Positions 1 through 12,919 of a DNA stretch of 32,000 bases are shown here, piece by piece. Position 1 is the stretch's first letter. Every line of letters starts with the position of its first letter. The DNA is from an uncultured Erysipelotrichaceae bacterium (lineage in GTDB: Bacteria; Bacillota_I; Bacilli_A; Erysipelotrichales; Erysipelotrichaceae). The translations under genes were made by a program, and so were the position numbers. The notes below the pieces were generated by a model. It saw only the letters and a list, made by a program, of their open reading frames with translations. It ran no database searches and was not told where the DNA came from. The DNA is taken from contig OW818668.1 of the NCBI GenBank assembly GCA_942493105.1, positions 720,001-752,000 on the forward strand. Reading direction: 5' to 3'.

Positions 1-744
1 GACAGCTCAACGATCGCATTCAGGATGCCAACTGATCCTTGGATCAAAACATTACTGGATGAAATTCAAGAACCTTTATTGTTGACCAGTGCCAACATCT
101 CTGGTGAACCAGCTGCCATTAGTTCAGATGAAGTCTTGGCAAACTTAGCTGGAAGAATTGAAAGCGTGGTCAGTGGAACAGCCGGTTGCGGTATTCCTTC
201 AACCATCATCGACGCATCACGATTTGATCTGCAAGTGATCAGAAAAGGAACCATAGATATGAAAGACATAGAAGCAAAATCAAAAACAGTTGCCTTAGCG
301 TGTGACCATGGAGCTTATCCGCATAAAGAAGCCATTAAAGCTCGATTGACAGAATTAGGATATAAGGTTGAAGATTTTGGGACCTTTGATAACGCAAGTG
401 TTGATTATCCAGACACGGTTTATCCAGCCGCAAAATCTGTCAGTGAAGGTAAAAACACATGGGGCATCGTTATGTGCGGCACAGGAATTGGTGCCAGTAT
501 TACTGCCAATAAGGTTCAAGGCATACGCTGTGCTTTGGTGTTTGATAAAGAAACAGCGCATATTACCCGCGAACACAATGATTCCAATGTCTTGGCGATG
601 GGCGGTCGTTTGGTTGATGTGAAAACAGCGGTTGAAATTGCTGAAATTTGGCTTAATAGTCCTTTCTCCAATGATGAACGTCATATACGACGTATCTCAA
701 AATTAACAGATATTGAAGACAAGGAGAAAACGCATGAAGGATAA
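1..744 (+). CDS. rpiB: 5'-truncated ORF: C-terminal part of TsaC/YwlC (YrdC-domain threonylcarbamoyl-AMP synthase) running in frame into a complete ribose-5-phosphate isomerase B (RpiB/LacAB family)
   Basis: Frame 1 is open from base 1 to TAA at 742-744. N-terminal part has [12 protein letters not shown]...PSTIID...VIRKG (YrdC/Sua5 domain). From ATG 259 it reads ALACDHGAY...[13 protein letters not shown]...[12 protein letters not shown], which is colinear with E. coli RpiB. Confidence 0.85.
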   Translation, partial: DSSTIAFRMPTDPWIKTLLDEIQEPLLLTSANISGEPAAISSDEVLANLAGRIESVVSGTAGCGIPSTIIDASRFDLQVIRKGTIDMKDIEAKSKTVALACDHGAYPHKEAIKARLTELGYKVEDFGTFDNASVDYPDTVYPAAKSVSEGKNTWGIVMCGTGIGASITANKVQGIRCALVFDKETAHITREHNDSNVLAMGGRLVDVKTAVEIAEIWLNSPFSNDERHIRRISKLTDIEDKEKTHEG

Positions 745-1957
745 AGTGTTAGAAGGTTTTATTCAACAGGAATCCATACGTCAAAGTAACAACATTGAAC
801 TCATCGCTTCTGAAAATTATGTCTCACAAGATGTATTGGAGGCTGTAGGTTCTGTTTTGACCAATAAGTATGCGGAAGGATATCCACATAAACGGTATTA
901 TGGTGGTTGTGAAGCCGTTGATGAAGTTGAAGATCTTGCGCGCAGTAGAGCCCTTGAACTTTTTGGGGCTGAGCATGTCAATGTTCAACCTCATTCTGGA
1001 TCTCAAGCCAATATGGGCGTTTATTTTGCGGTACTTAAACCTGGGGATACGATTTTAGGGATGGATCTTAATGCGGGCGGACATTTAACTCATGGGCATC
1101 CTCTAAACTTTTCTGGGCTCTTGTATCATATCGTGCCATATGGAGTCGATCCGATCACCTGTCGCATCGATTATGATAAACTCCGTGACATTGCGTTAGA
1201 GTGTAAACCAAAACTGATCGTTGCAGGAGCTAGTGCTTATCCTTTTATTCTTGATTTTCCTCGCTTTAGAGCGATCGCTGATGAAGTCAATGCTTTATTG
1301 ATGGTCGATATGGCTCATATCGCAGGTTTGGTTGCTTCTGGTGTTCATCCATCTCCTATTCCTTATGCGGATTTTGTCACAACGACAACTCACAAAACTT
1401 TAAGAGGACCCCGTGGTGGCATGATCCTATGTAAGAAAGAATATGCTGAAATCTTGGATCGCAGAATCTTTCCTGGTATACAAGGTGGACCTTTGATGCA
1501 TGTGATCGCGGGTAAAGCAGCCTGCTTTTATGAAGCACTTCAACCTTCGTTTAAAACATATTCTCAACAAGTTCTAAAAAACATGCAAGTTTTGGTTAAT
1601 ACTTTGATGGAAAACGGCTATAATATCGTAGGCAATGGCTCAGAAAATCATCTGTGTTTGGTCAATGTCAAAAGTTCAGTCAATTTGACTGGTAAAGTTG
1701 CTGAAAAGATTCTAGATCAAGTTGGGATCACATGTAATAAAAATACAGTTCCCTTTGATACCGAGAAACCATTCACCACGTCTGGAATTCGTTTAGGCTC
1801 AGCAGCGATGACCACCAGAGGTTTTGGCGAAGTTGAATTTAAACAAGTTGGTTTATGGATCGCGGAAGCCTTAAAGAATCATGAGAATGAAGCTGTATTA
1901 AGTCGTATAAGATCGGAAGTCAGCGCTTTGACACAGCGCTTTCCCATAAACTTTTAA
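734..1957 (+). CDS. glyA: serine hydroxymethyltransferase
   Basis: Full-length SHMT motifs ([27 protein letters not shown]). AAGGAG at 721-726 lies 7 nt before ATG 734, so this start is preferred over ATG 713. Confidence 0.95.
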   Translation: MKDKVLEGFIQQESIRQSNNIELIASENYVSQDVLEAVGSVLTNKYAEGYPHKRYYGGCEAVDEVEDLARSRALELFGAEHVNVQPHSGSQANMGVYFAVLKPGDTILGMDLNAGGHLTHGHPLNFSGLLYHIVPYGVDPITCRIDYDKLRDIALECKPKLIVAGASAYPFILDFPRFRAIADEVNALLMVDMAHIAGLVASGVHPSPIPYADFVTTTTHKTLRGPRGGMILCKKEYAEILDRRIFPGIQGGPLMHVIAGKAACFYEALQPSFKTYSQQVLKNMQVLVNTLMENGYNIVGNGSENHLCLVNVKSSVNLTGKVAEKILDQVGITCNKNTVPFDTEKPFTTSGIRLGSAAMTTRGFGEVEFKQVGLWIAEALKNHENEAVLSRIRSEVSALTQRFPINF

Positions 1958-1969
1958 AGGAGAACCAAA

Positions 1970-2590
1970 ATGCTGAAAGTACTAAATCATCCCTTGATTA
2001 CACACAAACTGACTCAGATGCGTAAAGTGTCCACAGGAACAAAGGATTTTCGTGAAAACCTAGACGAAATCGCAGGTTTGATGGCCTATGAGATCACACG
2101 TGATTTGCCAGTGAATACCATCGATATCGTAACACCAGTTGCTCCAACACAGGCTCAAGAACTCGCCAAAGACATTGTCTTGGTTCCCATCTTAAGAGCC
2201 GGACTAGGCATGGTCAATGGGATCCGTGATTTGATCCCTACTGCAAAGGTGGGTCATATCGGTTTATATCGCGATGAAAAGACACTAGAACCGCATGAAT
2301 ATTTCGCTAAATTCCCATCAAATATGCCAGATGCGGTTGTGATGGTTCTGGATCCTATGTTGGCGACAGGTGGATCAGCATCTGCAGCAGTAACGATGCT
2401 TAAGAAAAGAAATGCCAAGGTGATTAAATTAGTGTGTTTAGTAGGTGCACCAGAAGGTGTTAAACGTATGCAGGAAGATCATCCTGATGTCGATATTTAT
2501 CTAGCTGCACTCGATGAGAAACTCAATGAACATGGGTATATCGTACCCGGACTTGGTGATGCCGGCGATCGAATTTTCGGTACTAAGTAA
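1970..2590 (+). CDS. upp: uracil phosphoribosyltransferase
   Basis: 206 aa with ILRAGLGM and [15 protein letters not shown]-binding motifs. AGGAG precedes the start. glyA-upp-atp order as in B. subtilis. Confidence 0.95.
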   Translation: MLKVLNHPLITHKLTQMRKVSTGTKDFRENLDEIAGLMAYEITRDLPVNTIDIVTPVAPTQAQELAKDIVLVPILRAGLGMVNGIRDLIPTAKVGHIGLYRDEKTLEPHEYFAKFPSNMPDAVVMVLDPMLATGGSASAAVTMLKKRNAKVIKLVCLVGAPEGVKRMQEDHPDVDIYLAALDEKLNEHGYIVPGLGDAGDRIFGTK

Positions 2591-2629
2591 ATTTTTAAAT
2601 AGCTCGTATAACACGCTCATTGTCTTATG

Positions 2630-2638
2630 TGCTAAAAT
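2630..2638 (+). promoter_or_regulatory. candidate extended -10 promoter (TGcTAAAAT) for the atp operon
   Basis: TG at 2630-2631 and TAAAAT at 2633-2638, 24 nt before atpI ATG. No good -35 seen. Confidence 0.35.
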
Positions 2639-2661
2639 AGTATGGCCTTAATGGCGCAACT

Positions 2662-3018
2662 ATGAACACACTATTTGGAAACAAAACAAAGATCGTCTAT
2701 TTTGGTGGATTACTCATCGGAGCACTGATGAGTCTATACAAAATCAGCTTTGGTTTAGGATTCTTATCCGGCATGCTGATTTCGATCATCAATACGCTTC
2801 TGTTGGAGTATCACACCTGGAAAATTCTTAAACTAAGAGTATACCGATTTTTCTCTGGTTACCTCTTCTATCTTTTCAGAAGTTTTCTCTTGGTGATTCC
2901 GTTTATATTGGCACTTAAGTGGCCAGACACGTTTAATGTCTTTACGGCAGTTCTGGGTGTTTTATATTTTAAAATTATTTTGTTTGGATCTGTTTTATAC
3001 CCTAAAAAGGAAGCATAA
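2662..3018 (+). CDS. atpI: ATP synthase protein I (AtpI-like small membrane protein)
   Basis: 118 aa, about 4 hydrophobic helices, first gene of the atp operon. Its stop overlaps the atpB start (TAATG). Confidence 0.6.
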   Translation: MNTLFGNKTKIVYFGGLLIGALMSLYKISFGLGFLSGMLISIINTLLLEYHTWKILKLRVYRFFSGYLFYLFRSFLLVIPFILALKWPDTFNVFTAVLGVLYFKIILFGSVLYPKKEA

Positions 3019-3716
3019 TGTTCAATTTCTTTGGTATTCAGTTACAAGTCGAACTCGTAAGCATCCTGATCGTATTGGGAGTTATTTTTACATTCCTAAT
3101 TTTGATCAACCGCGAAATCACGAAAGCTGATCCCTTAGCAAAACCGTCTAAATTTTTAACGTTAGGCCTTGTCTACTATAAAATATTCAAAGGTTTAGTA
3201 AACGATAACATGGGTAAAAGAGCCAATCCAAATTATGAGCCCTATATCGCCGCAATTGCCATGTATCTGTTTTTTAGCAATATCCTAGGCTTATTTGCCT
3301 TACCTTCTCCAACTGCCAACTATAGTGTTACGTTAACAATGGCACTAATTACCTTTGTTTTGATCCAGTATACCAAGATCAAGACCAATACATTCAAGGG
3401 ATATTTGTTGGGGTTCTTTCAGCCCTTCCCACCTTTTGTGATTATGAACATTTTTGGATTGGTAGCTCCCTTGATTTCCATGTCTTTGCGTTTGTTTGGA
3501 AACATCACCAGCGGATCGGTATTGATGATGTTGTTTTATACTTTTACTCAGTGGTTATCAAGCCTTATTTTACCTTTCTTTAACTTCAATTTTATTGGTA
3601 TATTGACAGCCCCTTTCTTACATTTGTATTTTGACTTGTTTGCAGGGCTAATTCAGACGTATATTTTTATTAGTTTAACGACGATCTTTATTGGGATAGA
3701 ACTACCCCAAGATTGA
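3018..3716 (+). CDS. atpB: F0F1 ATP synthase subunit a
   Basis: Polytopic membrane protein with the conserved SLRLFGNITSG arginine motif. Position in operon. Confidence 0.93.
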   Translation: MFNFFGIQLQVELVSILIVLGVIFTFLILINREITKADPLAKPSKFLTLGLVYYKIFKGLVNDNMGKRANPNYEPYIAAIAMYLFFSNILGLFALPSPTANYSVTLTMALITFVLIQYTKIKTNTFKGYLLGFFQPFPPFVIMNIFGLVAPLISMSLRLFGNITSGSVLMMLFYTFTQWLSSLILPFFNFNFIGILTAPFLHLYFDLFAGLIQTYIFISLTTIFIGIELPQD

Positions 3717-3729
3717 TAAAAAACCATAA

Positions 3730-3975
<246 letters not shown>

Positions 3976-4003
3976 GAGATGGTAACACTAAGGCGGTGAT
4001 GGT

Positions 4004-4513
4004 ATGAATCTAGATATTGATATTCTGACAAAGCTTTTTCCTGACATAGTAACCATGGTGGCTCAACTTGGAGCGACTGGACTTTTACTGTGGGGATTTA
4101 AAAAGTACTTGTGGAAACCAATGACGACCTATTTGGATAAGCGTGCTGAAGCTGAAGACAATGCTTTAAGAGCAGCAGATGAAGCCAATAAATTGGCTCA
4201 AATCAATTTAGCGCACAGCGAAGTCACATTGGTTGAAACCAATCAAGAAATCAAAGGTCTCATCGAACAAGGCAAAGAAGAAGCCAAGCAAATCAAGGAA
4301 AAACTGATGGCTGATGCGAAAGCAGAAGCCGATGCTAAACTTGATGCTGCTCGCCGTGAGATTGAGCATCAAAAAACTCAATTACGCAAAGACATCGAAA
4401 CAGAAATCATCGATGTGGCTTTGATTGCAGCCAAGAAATTGATGGAAGACAAAGTAGATGAAGTTCATGACCGCCGTCAGGTTCAACAAATCATTAAGGA
4501 TGTACGTAATTAA
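4004..4513 (+). CDS. atpF: F0F1 ATP synthase subunit b
   Basis: N-terminal TM helix followed by a long charged Ala/Glu/Lys-rich helix. Operon position. Confidence 0.9.
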   Translation: MNLDIDILTKLFPDIVTMVAQLGATGLLLWGFKKYLWKPMTTYLDKRAEAEDNALRAADEANKLAQINLAHSEVTLVETNQEIKGLIEQGKEEAKQIKEKLMADAKAEADAKLDAARREIEHQKTQLRKDIETEIIDVALIAAKKLMEDKVDEVHDRRQVQQIIKDVRN

Positions 4514-5052
4514 TGGATAAAGTATCATCTCGTTATGCTGAAGCCCTTTTGGGGATTGCGATTCAAGTCAAAAGCTTAGATGAATTCAAAGCCCAAGCGA
4601 AATTGATCAGCAAGATCTTAAAAGACAATCCGGAGTTTACTCAGTTGTTTGAAAAGACACAGATATATTCGGATGAAAAGAAGGTTTTATTACAAACCGT
4701 TTTTGGGTCGCAGATCGATGAGATGATCATTAATCTCATGTGTTTATTGATTGATAAAAAACGAATTCGTTTGACTGAGACCATCTTTATGGATTTTATC
4801 CATCTGGTCAACATCCATCAATCCATTGAAGAAGGCATTGTCTATTCGATTAGACCCTTATCAGATGAAGATATATCACAGCTTGAATCTCAACTTTCAT
4901 TAAAACATAAAGTAAAGGTTGAGCTGATGAATAGAATAGATCCTAGCCTGATTTCGGGGCTTAAGATCAAGTTTAAAGAAAGTGTGATCGATGCCTCTCT
5001 ATCGGCACAGTTAGAAGCTTTAAGAGATACATTGCGTGAAGGAAGGTCGTAA
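4513..5052 (+). CDS. atpH: F0F1 ATP synthase subunit delta
   Basis: 179 aa, begins ...RYAEALL typical of OSCP/delta. TAATG overlap with atpF. Confidence 0.9.
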   Translation: MDKVSSRYAEALLGIAIQVKSLDEFKAQAKLISKILKDNPEFTQLFEKTQIYSDEKKVLLQTVFGSQIDEMIINLMCLLIDKKRIRLTETIFMDFIHLVNIHQSIEEGIVYSIRPLSDEDISQLESQLSLKHKVKVELMNRIDPSLISGLKIKFKESVIDASLSAQLEALRDTLREGRS

Positions 5053-5054
5053 AC

Positions 5055-6574
5055 ATGGAATTAAGACCAGAAGAAATTAGTGCCCTGATCAAAGAGAAGA
5101 TTCTACACTATAAAGAACGTGTAGAAGAAAAAGACATCGGGGTCGTCATTAAAGTTGGAGATGGGATTGCCCTCATCAATGGTTTATCCAATGCGATGGC
5201 AGGAGAACTTTTAGATTTCGGTAATAGTGTCTTTGGCATGGTTATGAATCTTGAAGAAGATCATGTCGGTTGTGTTCTTTTAGGTCAAGATAGCCTGATC
5301 AAAGAAGGCAATACTGTAACTCGTACAGGTAAGATCGTTGAAGTACCTGTTGGGGATGAACTCCTAGGTCGTGTCGTCAATGCATTGGGCATTGCGATCG
5401 ATGGTTTAGGCGAAATCAAAACCACGAAAACAAGACCAATTGAACGAGTGGCACCAGGTGTTATGACACGTCAGTCTGTTTTTCAACCTGTTCAAACCGG
5501 CATCAAAATCATCGATGCGATCATTCCTATCGGCAGAGGCCAGCGTGAATTGATCATTGGTGATCGTCAAACTGGAAAAACTGCCATTGCGGTAGATACC
5601 ATCATCAATCAAAAAGATCAAAACATGATCTGTATTTATGTTGCAATCGGACAAAAGGCTTCTACTGTAGCGCAAATCGTTGAAAAGCTTAGAGTTCATA
5701 AAGCTATGGACTATACCGTTATTGTTTCTGCGACCGCATCAGAACTTGCACCTTTACAATTTATCGCGCCTTATGCCGGATGTGCTATTGGTGAAGAATG
5801 GCTCGAAGCAGGCAAAGATGTCTTAATTGTTTATGATGATCTCAGTAAACACGCAGTGGCTTATCGTGCCATGAGTTTATTACTTAGAAGACCACCGGGA
5901 CGTGAAGCGTATCCAGGCGATGTTTTCTATCTGCACTCTAGATTATTAGAAAGAGCCTGTAAGCTTAATAAAGATTACGGAGGGGGATCATTGACGGCTT
6001 TACCGATCATTGAGACTCAAGCTGGGGATATTTCAGCCTATATCCCGACCAATGTCATATCGATCACAGATGGTCAGTTGTTTCTACAAACGGAACTCTT
6101 TAATGCAGGAAATCGTCCTGCAGTTGATTCAGGTCTTTCTGTGTCTCGTGTTGGAGCCACAGCTCAAACCAAAGCCATGAAACAAGTCGCATCTTCAATT
6201 AAATTTGAATTGGCTCAATATCGTGAACTATTAAGTTTTGCGCAGTTTGGATCTGACTTAGATGCCTCAACAAAGGCAGTCATTGAACATGGAACACGCT
6301 TGACCCAACTGCTTAAGCAAGGTCAATATACCCCAATGAATTTAAGTCAGGAAGTCATTGTCTTGTTTGCAGCCAAACATCGTTTCATCAAAGATGTACC
6401 TGCAGAATTGATCCTGCCTTATCAAGATTTCTTGCTCAGAATGTTTGAGAATGAACATCCTGAAATCATGAATGAAATCGAAACAAAGAAGATCATCAGT
6501 CCTGAACTTGAAGAAACACTTCACACTGAAATGGATAAGATTACCAAGCAGTTTATTAAAATGAGAGCTCAGTA

Positions 6575-6575
<1 letters not shown>
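5055..6575 (+). CDS. atpA: F0F1 ATP synthase subunit alpha
   Basis: Walker A GDRQTGKT, plus [27 protein letters not shown]. Confidence 0.97.
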
Positions 6576-8822
<2,247 letters not shown>

Positions 8823-8823
<1 letters not shown>

Positions 8824-9212
8824 TGTTCCTCGTCAAAATCATTACACCTCAGGCTAAAGTACGCCTGATTCACACTTCGATCCTCAATATCGTAACCCCA
8901 AGCGGTGAAATGGGTCTTTTAAGTCACCATATGCCAATCATTACGATGATCAAGATTTCAAAAATGAGTACGATCGAAGAAAGTGGACGTCGCGTCTATG
9001 CGGTTGCGGGTGGGGTCCTATTCTATAAAGACAATGAGGCAACTTTATTGGCTGAAGCAGTTGAAAGCCAAGAAGAAATTGACTTGGCTAGAGCTATAGC
9101 CGCAAAAGAACGGGCTGAACAACGTTTATCATCTTCTAGTTCTGAAATTGATACCAAGCGTGCTCAGATTGCTTTATCTAAAGCGCTTAATCGGATCAGT
9201 TTAAAGGAATGA
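8823..9212 (+). CDS. atpC: F0F1 ATP synthase subunit epsilon
   Basis: 129 aa, beta-sandwich plus C-terminal helices pattern. TAATG overlap with atpD. Confidence 0.9.
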
Positions 9213-9213
9213 T

Positions 9214-9399
9214 ATGCTGGAAACTGTACTAAGTCTTACGGTCTTTGCCTTAAGTTTATGGGCTTTGGATGCATTAAATTTCAACAAACTTTTAAAATCG
9301 AACCGAGTTATGCAGGCTCAGGTTCTTTACTTATTCTTAGCCATGGCATTGACTGCACTGGTTGTTCAATTCCTTTTGGCACTGAGAATAACGAATTGA
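9214..9399 (+). CDS. small two-helix membrane protein, YwzB/DUF1146-like
   Basis: 61 aa and hydrophobic, immediately after atpC as ywzB is in B. subtilis. AAGGA RBS. Confidence 0.6.
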   Translation: MLETVLSLTVFALSLWALDALNFNKLLKSNRVMQAQVLYLFLAMALTALVVQFLLALRITN

Positions 9400-9403
9400 A
9401 GTA

Positions 9404-9412
9404 TGCTATAAT
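9404..9412 (+). promoter_or_regulatory. candidate extended -10 promoter (TGcTATAAT) for mreB
   Basis: TG at 9404-9405 and TATAAT at 9407-9412, followed by GGAGG RBS and ATG 9444. Confidence 0.5.
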
Positions 9413-9443
9413 ATCAATGCTTATTTAATGGAGGATAACAAAA

Positions 9444-10433
9444 ATGGTCTTTTCAAAACATGTCGGTATCGATTTAGGTACAGCCAATACATTAATCTAT
9501 GTCAAAGGCGAAGGAGTCGTTTTAGATGAACCTTCTGTGGTTGCTATAGAATCTGATACAAAACGAGTCTTAGCTGTTGGTGCAGAAGCTAAAGCCATGC
9601 TGGGAAGAACTCCTGGCAGAGTTCAAGCGATTCGTCCACTCAAAGATGGCGTCATCGCTGATTTCGAAGTCACAGAAATTATGCTTGATTTTTTCATTCG
9701 TAAACTAAAACTTAAAGGTATGTTTGCTAGACCTATTATATTGATTTGTTGTCCATCAAACATCACCTCAGTTGAACGTAATGCGATTCGTGATGCTGCA
9801 TATCGTTCTGGTGCAAAACGTGTATATATCGAAGAAGAACCAAAAGTTGCCGCTATTGGAGCAGGACTTGATATTTCGCTTCCTACCGGTAATATGGTTT
9901 TGGATATTGGAGGCGGAACCACTGATGTGGCCATCTTGTCTCTCAATGATATCGTGACCAGTACTTCACTCAAAATTGCGGGTGATAAAATGGATCGCGA
10001 CATCATCAAATACATCAAAGATAACTATAAATTATTGATCGGTGAAAGAATGGCTGAGGATGTCAAAAAGAATATTGGTACAGCTTGGCATGGATCTCGT
10101 ACTGACTCGATGGAAATTAGCGGACGTGACTTAGTCACAGGCTTACCACACTCCATTACCTTAACTTCAGATGAAACCGAATTGGCCATGCATGAATCTT
10201 TGGCTGATATCGCTAGAGCATGCAGAACTGTCCTTGAACAAACTCCACCAGAACTTTCTGCTGATATCATTACTCGTGGTGTTGTGTTGACTGGTGGCGG
10301 TGCATTATTACACGGCATCGATCAATTACTGATGAATGAACTAGGTGTTCCTGTATTTGTTGCCGAGAATGCGCTGCGTTGTGTCGTAGAAGGCACAGGC
10401 ATCATGCTCGAGAATTTATCTCATATCAAATAA
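9444..10433 (+). CDS. mreB: rod-shape determining actin homologue MreB/Mbl
   Basis: GIDLGTANTLIY phosphate-1 motif, DIGGGTTDVA, VLTGGGALL. Confidence 0.95.
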   Translation: MVFSKHVGIDLGTANTLIYVKGEGVVLDEPSVVAIESDTKRVLAVGAEAKAMLGRTPGRVQAIRPLKDGVIADFEVTEIMLDFFIRKLKLKGMFARPIILICCPSNITSVERNAIRDAAYRSGAKRVYIEEEPKVAAIGAGLDISLPTGNMVLDIGGGTTDVAILSLNDIVTSTSLKIAGDKMDRDIIKYIKDNYKLLIGERMAEDVKKNIGTAWHGSRTDSMEISGRDLVTGLPHSITLTSDETELAMHESLADIARACRTVLEQTPPELSADIITRGVVLTGGGALLHGIDQLLMNELGVPVFVAENALRCVVEGTGIMLENLSHIK

Positions 10434-10458
10434 ATCATCCGAAAGGATGATTTTTATT
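10434..10458 (+). terminator. rho-independent terminator after mreB
   Basis: ATCATCC-GAAA-GGATGAT hairpin followed by TTTTTATT. Confidence 0.85.
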
Positions 10459-10507
10459 AGGAGTAAAACAAATCATTTCGAATCAGTGTAATATAGGAGA
10501 ATTCCAT

Positions 10508-11077
10508 ATGATCACTGATCCCATAAGTGTCTTGCTTACCATCAATAATAACGCAAATGAACTGCAAGTTCATGATAAGGAAAACTTGATTCATCATACC
10601 CTGGAAGCTATGAAACATTATATCGAAAAGCAGACACCCAAAGAAGCAATCAAGATTCTCCTAAGTACCCAGAATTACCTTAAACGAGGTGCTCTAAAAT
10701 ACAATGAACATTTACCTTTATCTGTAGGAGATATTTGTTATATCGATTTTGGGCAAGCATATTTGAATGAAGCGGGCTATCAACACTTCGGATTGATCTT
10801 ATCCATGATGAATGGGAAAGCCTTTGTAGTCCCAATGACATCAAATCCCTTTACCTATGATCAAGCTTATGACAAACAAACCAATCCTTGCGGAAAAGTT
10901 CATTTGATGAGAATTGGTCAACTAAGAGGATTGAATAAACCTTCAGTGCTCTTTATCAACGATGCAAAATACATCAATACGACACGAATTATTGAAGTTA
11001 AAGGACATTTAGACGTAACAGAACTCTTGTTTGATCGTATTCGACGTCGAGTTTATCATTGTATTTTTGAACAATAA
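10508..11077 (+). CDS. PemK/MazF-fold protein with a ~70-aa N-terminal helical extension
   Basis: Residues ~73-185 align by eye with B. subtilis EndoA/MazF: GDICYIDFG, E-x-G..H-F-x-L-I-L, AFVVPMTSN, GLNKPSVLFINDAKYINTTRI. AGGAG RBS. Confidence 0.7.
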   Translation: MITDPISVLLTINNNANELQVHDKENLIHHTLEAMKHYIEKQTPKEAIKILLSTQNYLKRGALKYNEHLPLSVGDICYIDFGQAYLNEAGYQHFGLILSMMNGKAFVVPMTSNPFTYDQAYDKQTNPCGKVHLMRIGQLRGLNKPSVLFINDAKYINTTRIIEVKGHLDVTELLFDRIRRRVYHCIFEQ

Positions 11078-11119
11078 AGTGAGTCACTGTGAGGGCTAAG
11101 CAACTGTTTGAGTGAGAAG

Positions 11120-11128
11120 TGATATACT
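11120..11128 (+). promoter_or_regulatory. candidate extended -10 promoter (TGaTATACT) 6 nt upstream of tilS ATG
   Basis: TG at 11120-11121 and TATACT at 11123-11128. No SD before ATG 11135, and an in-frame TAG at 11129-11131 blocks extension. Confidence 0.4.
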
Positions 11129-11134
11129 TAGATT

Positions 11135-12349
11135 ATGTCAATTTCAAATGCATTATTATCGTTTCAAGATCAAACCTGGGTCATTGGTGTATCGGGTGGA
11201 CCTGATTCAATGGCTCTATTAGATTTAGCTAAAACAAGCGGTGTACAGTGCTTGGCTGTCCATGTGAATTATCATAAACGTGATACTGCTGATCGAGATA
11301 TGTTGATCGTTGAAAACTATTGTGATTTAAACAAGATTCCCTTGTTTATTTTTGATGCCTGGGAAGGTACAGGAAACTTTCAGGACTTTGCCCGTAGATT
11401 CAGATATGAGAAATTTACTGAAGTTGCGAAAAATCATCATGCTCTTGGTGTGTTGGTAGGCCATCATTTAATGGATGATGTTGAAACCTATCTGATTCAA
11501 AAACAACGTCGTTCTCAAGTTACTTACTATGGTTTGAAATCTCAAACAATGATCAACGGGATTACAGTTGAAAGACCTCTTTTGAAAATCCAAAAAGAAG
11601 ATTTGATTACATATTGTAATGAGCACAATATTGAATATGGTATTGATGAAAGTAATTTTAGCGATGATTATCTGCGCAACAGAATCCGCAAAGAATTAAC
11701 TAATGATGAACTTCTTGGAAGAATCTCAACGATACTTTCTGAAAAAGAAAAAGAAAATCAAGATCTCAACGCCTTTAGAATTCAATATCAGTATCAATTG
11801 CAACAAGACTACATCTCACTGGAAGCATTCAATACACTAGAATATCCTGTTCACTACTTACAGTTGTGGATTCGTGCCCATGTACCAATGAAATATCTGT
11901 CAGAGGATCACCTTATTGAGATTTATAGGCAGATCCAACAAAGTCAAAACTTCAAGCAAAAGCTTAATTCTTGGCGTTTAATAAAACAATATGGGCAAAT
12001 TGTTTTATTGCCTCCACAAGTATCGTATACTTATCTTCTGAAAGAGATGTGCAATTTAAAAACACCTTATTTCGAAATTCTTACGCAAGCAGATCCCCAA
12101 CATGTTTTTGAGGTAATTGACTCAGACTTCCCGTTGACCATAAGAAATGCCAAAAATGGCGATACTTATACCATTGATGGAAAGTCACATAAACTGTCTC
12201 GGTGGTTCATATCACACAAAATCCCACAGGGTGAACGTGAAACTTGGCCACTTGTCCTCAATTGTCACAACGAAGTCATTCATATTGCCCGTATTCGAAT
12301 ACCGAGGAGTCTAAACACACACAAAACGCATCTTTATATGATAAAATAA
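11135..12349 (+). CDS. tilS: tRNA(Ile)-lysidine synthase
   Basis: PP-loop motif VSGGPDSMAL. tilS-hpt-ftsH order as in B. subtilis. Confidence 0.92.
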   Translation: MSISNALLSFQDQTWVIGVSGGPDSMALLDLAKTSGVQCLAVHVNYHKRDTADRDMLIVENYCDLNKIPLFIFDAWEGTGNFQDFARRFRYEKFTEVAKNHHALGVLVGHHLMDDVETYLIQKQRRSQVTYYGLKSQTMINGITVERPLLKIQKEDLITYCNEHNIEYGIDESNFSDDYLRNRIRKELTNDELLGRISTILSEKEKENQDLNAFRIQYQYQLQQDYISLEAFNTLEYPVHYLQLWIRAHVPMKYLSEDHLIEIYRQIQQSQNFKQKLNSWRLIKQYGQIVLLPPQVSYTYLLKEMCNLKTPYFEILTQADPQHVFEVIDSDFPLTIRNAKNGDTYTIDGKSHKLSRWFISHKIPQGERETWPLVLNCHNEVIHIARIRIPRSLNTHKTHLYMIK

Positions 12350-12368
12350 TTCTATTATGGAGGTCTTT

Positions 12369-12908
12369 ATGCATCAGGATGTAAAAAAGATATTGGTATC
12401 CGGAGAAGAGATTGAACAAAGATGCCGTGAATTAGGCAAACAAATTACTGAGGATTATCGCACAGACGGAGAAATTCCTGTCTTAGTAGCGTTATTGAAA
12501 GGCTCTGTTCCTTTCTTGGCCAAATTGGTCACCTATATTGATTTAGATCTTGAATTTGATTTTATGGATGTGAAGTCATATGAAGGCACGGAGTCTATTG
12601 GAGATGTTCGTATCATCAAAGACCTAGATCGTTCAATCAAAGGTTCTTCGATCCTATTAGTAGAAGACATCATTGATACTGGCCGTACCCTTCATGAAGT
12701 AACCAAACTCTTGAAAAATAAAGGTGCTGGAAAAGTAAAAATCGTAAGTTTGTTGGATAAACCAAGCCGCAGAGTCATCCCCATTGAAGCGGATTATACC
12801 GGTTTTGTGATCCCCAATGAATTCGTAGTCGGCTTTGGATTGGATTTTAATGAAAAGTATCGTAATTTGCCCTATGTAGGGGTATTAAAAGATGAGTGTT
12901 ATCTGTAA
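12369..12908 (+). CDS. hpt: hypoxanthine phosphoribosyltransferase
   Basis: [15 protein letters not shown] motif and [11 protein letters not shown]-terminus. GGAGG at 12359-12363 favours ATG 12369 over 12357. Confidence 0.93.
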   Translation: MHQDVKKILVSGEEIEQRCRELGKQITEDYRTDGEIPVLVALLKGSVPFLAKLVTYIDLDLEFDFMDVKSYEGTESIGDVRIIKDLDRSIKGSSILLVEDIIDTGRTLHEVTKLLKNKGAGKVKIVSLLDKPSRRVIPIEADYTGFVIPNEFVVGFGLDFNEKYRNLPYVGVLKDECYL

Positions 12909-12919
12909 AGGAGTATAGA

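Noticed and set aside
713-733. Longer N-terminal extensions offered by the ORF track: glyA 713, hpt 12357, ftsH 12896, anti-sigma 27127, rpsF 27931 and yybS 28995
   Set aside because: For five of the six genes a downstream ATG is preceded by a well-spaced AAGGAG/GGAGG and matches the normal family N-terminus. For yybS there is no SD, but the upstream GTG lies inside a terminator stem.
3015-3020. TAATG stop/start overlaps at atpI/atpB (3018), atpF/atpH (4513), atpA/atpG (6575) and atpD/atpC (8823), considered as possibly unusual
   Set aside because: This is ordinary translational coupling in compact operons, not a recoding signal.
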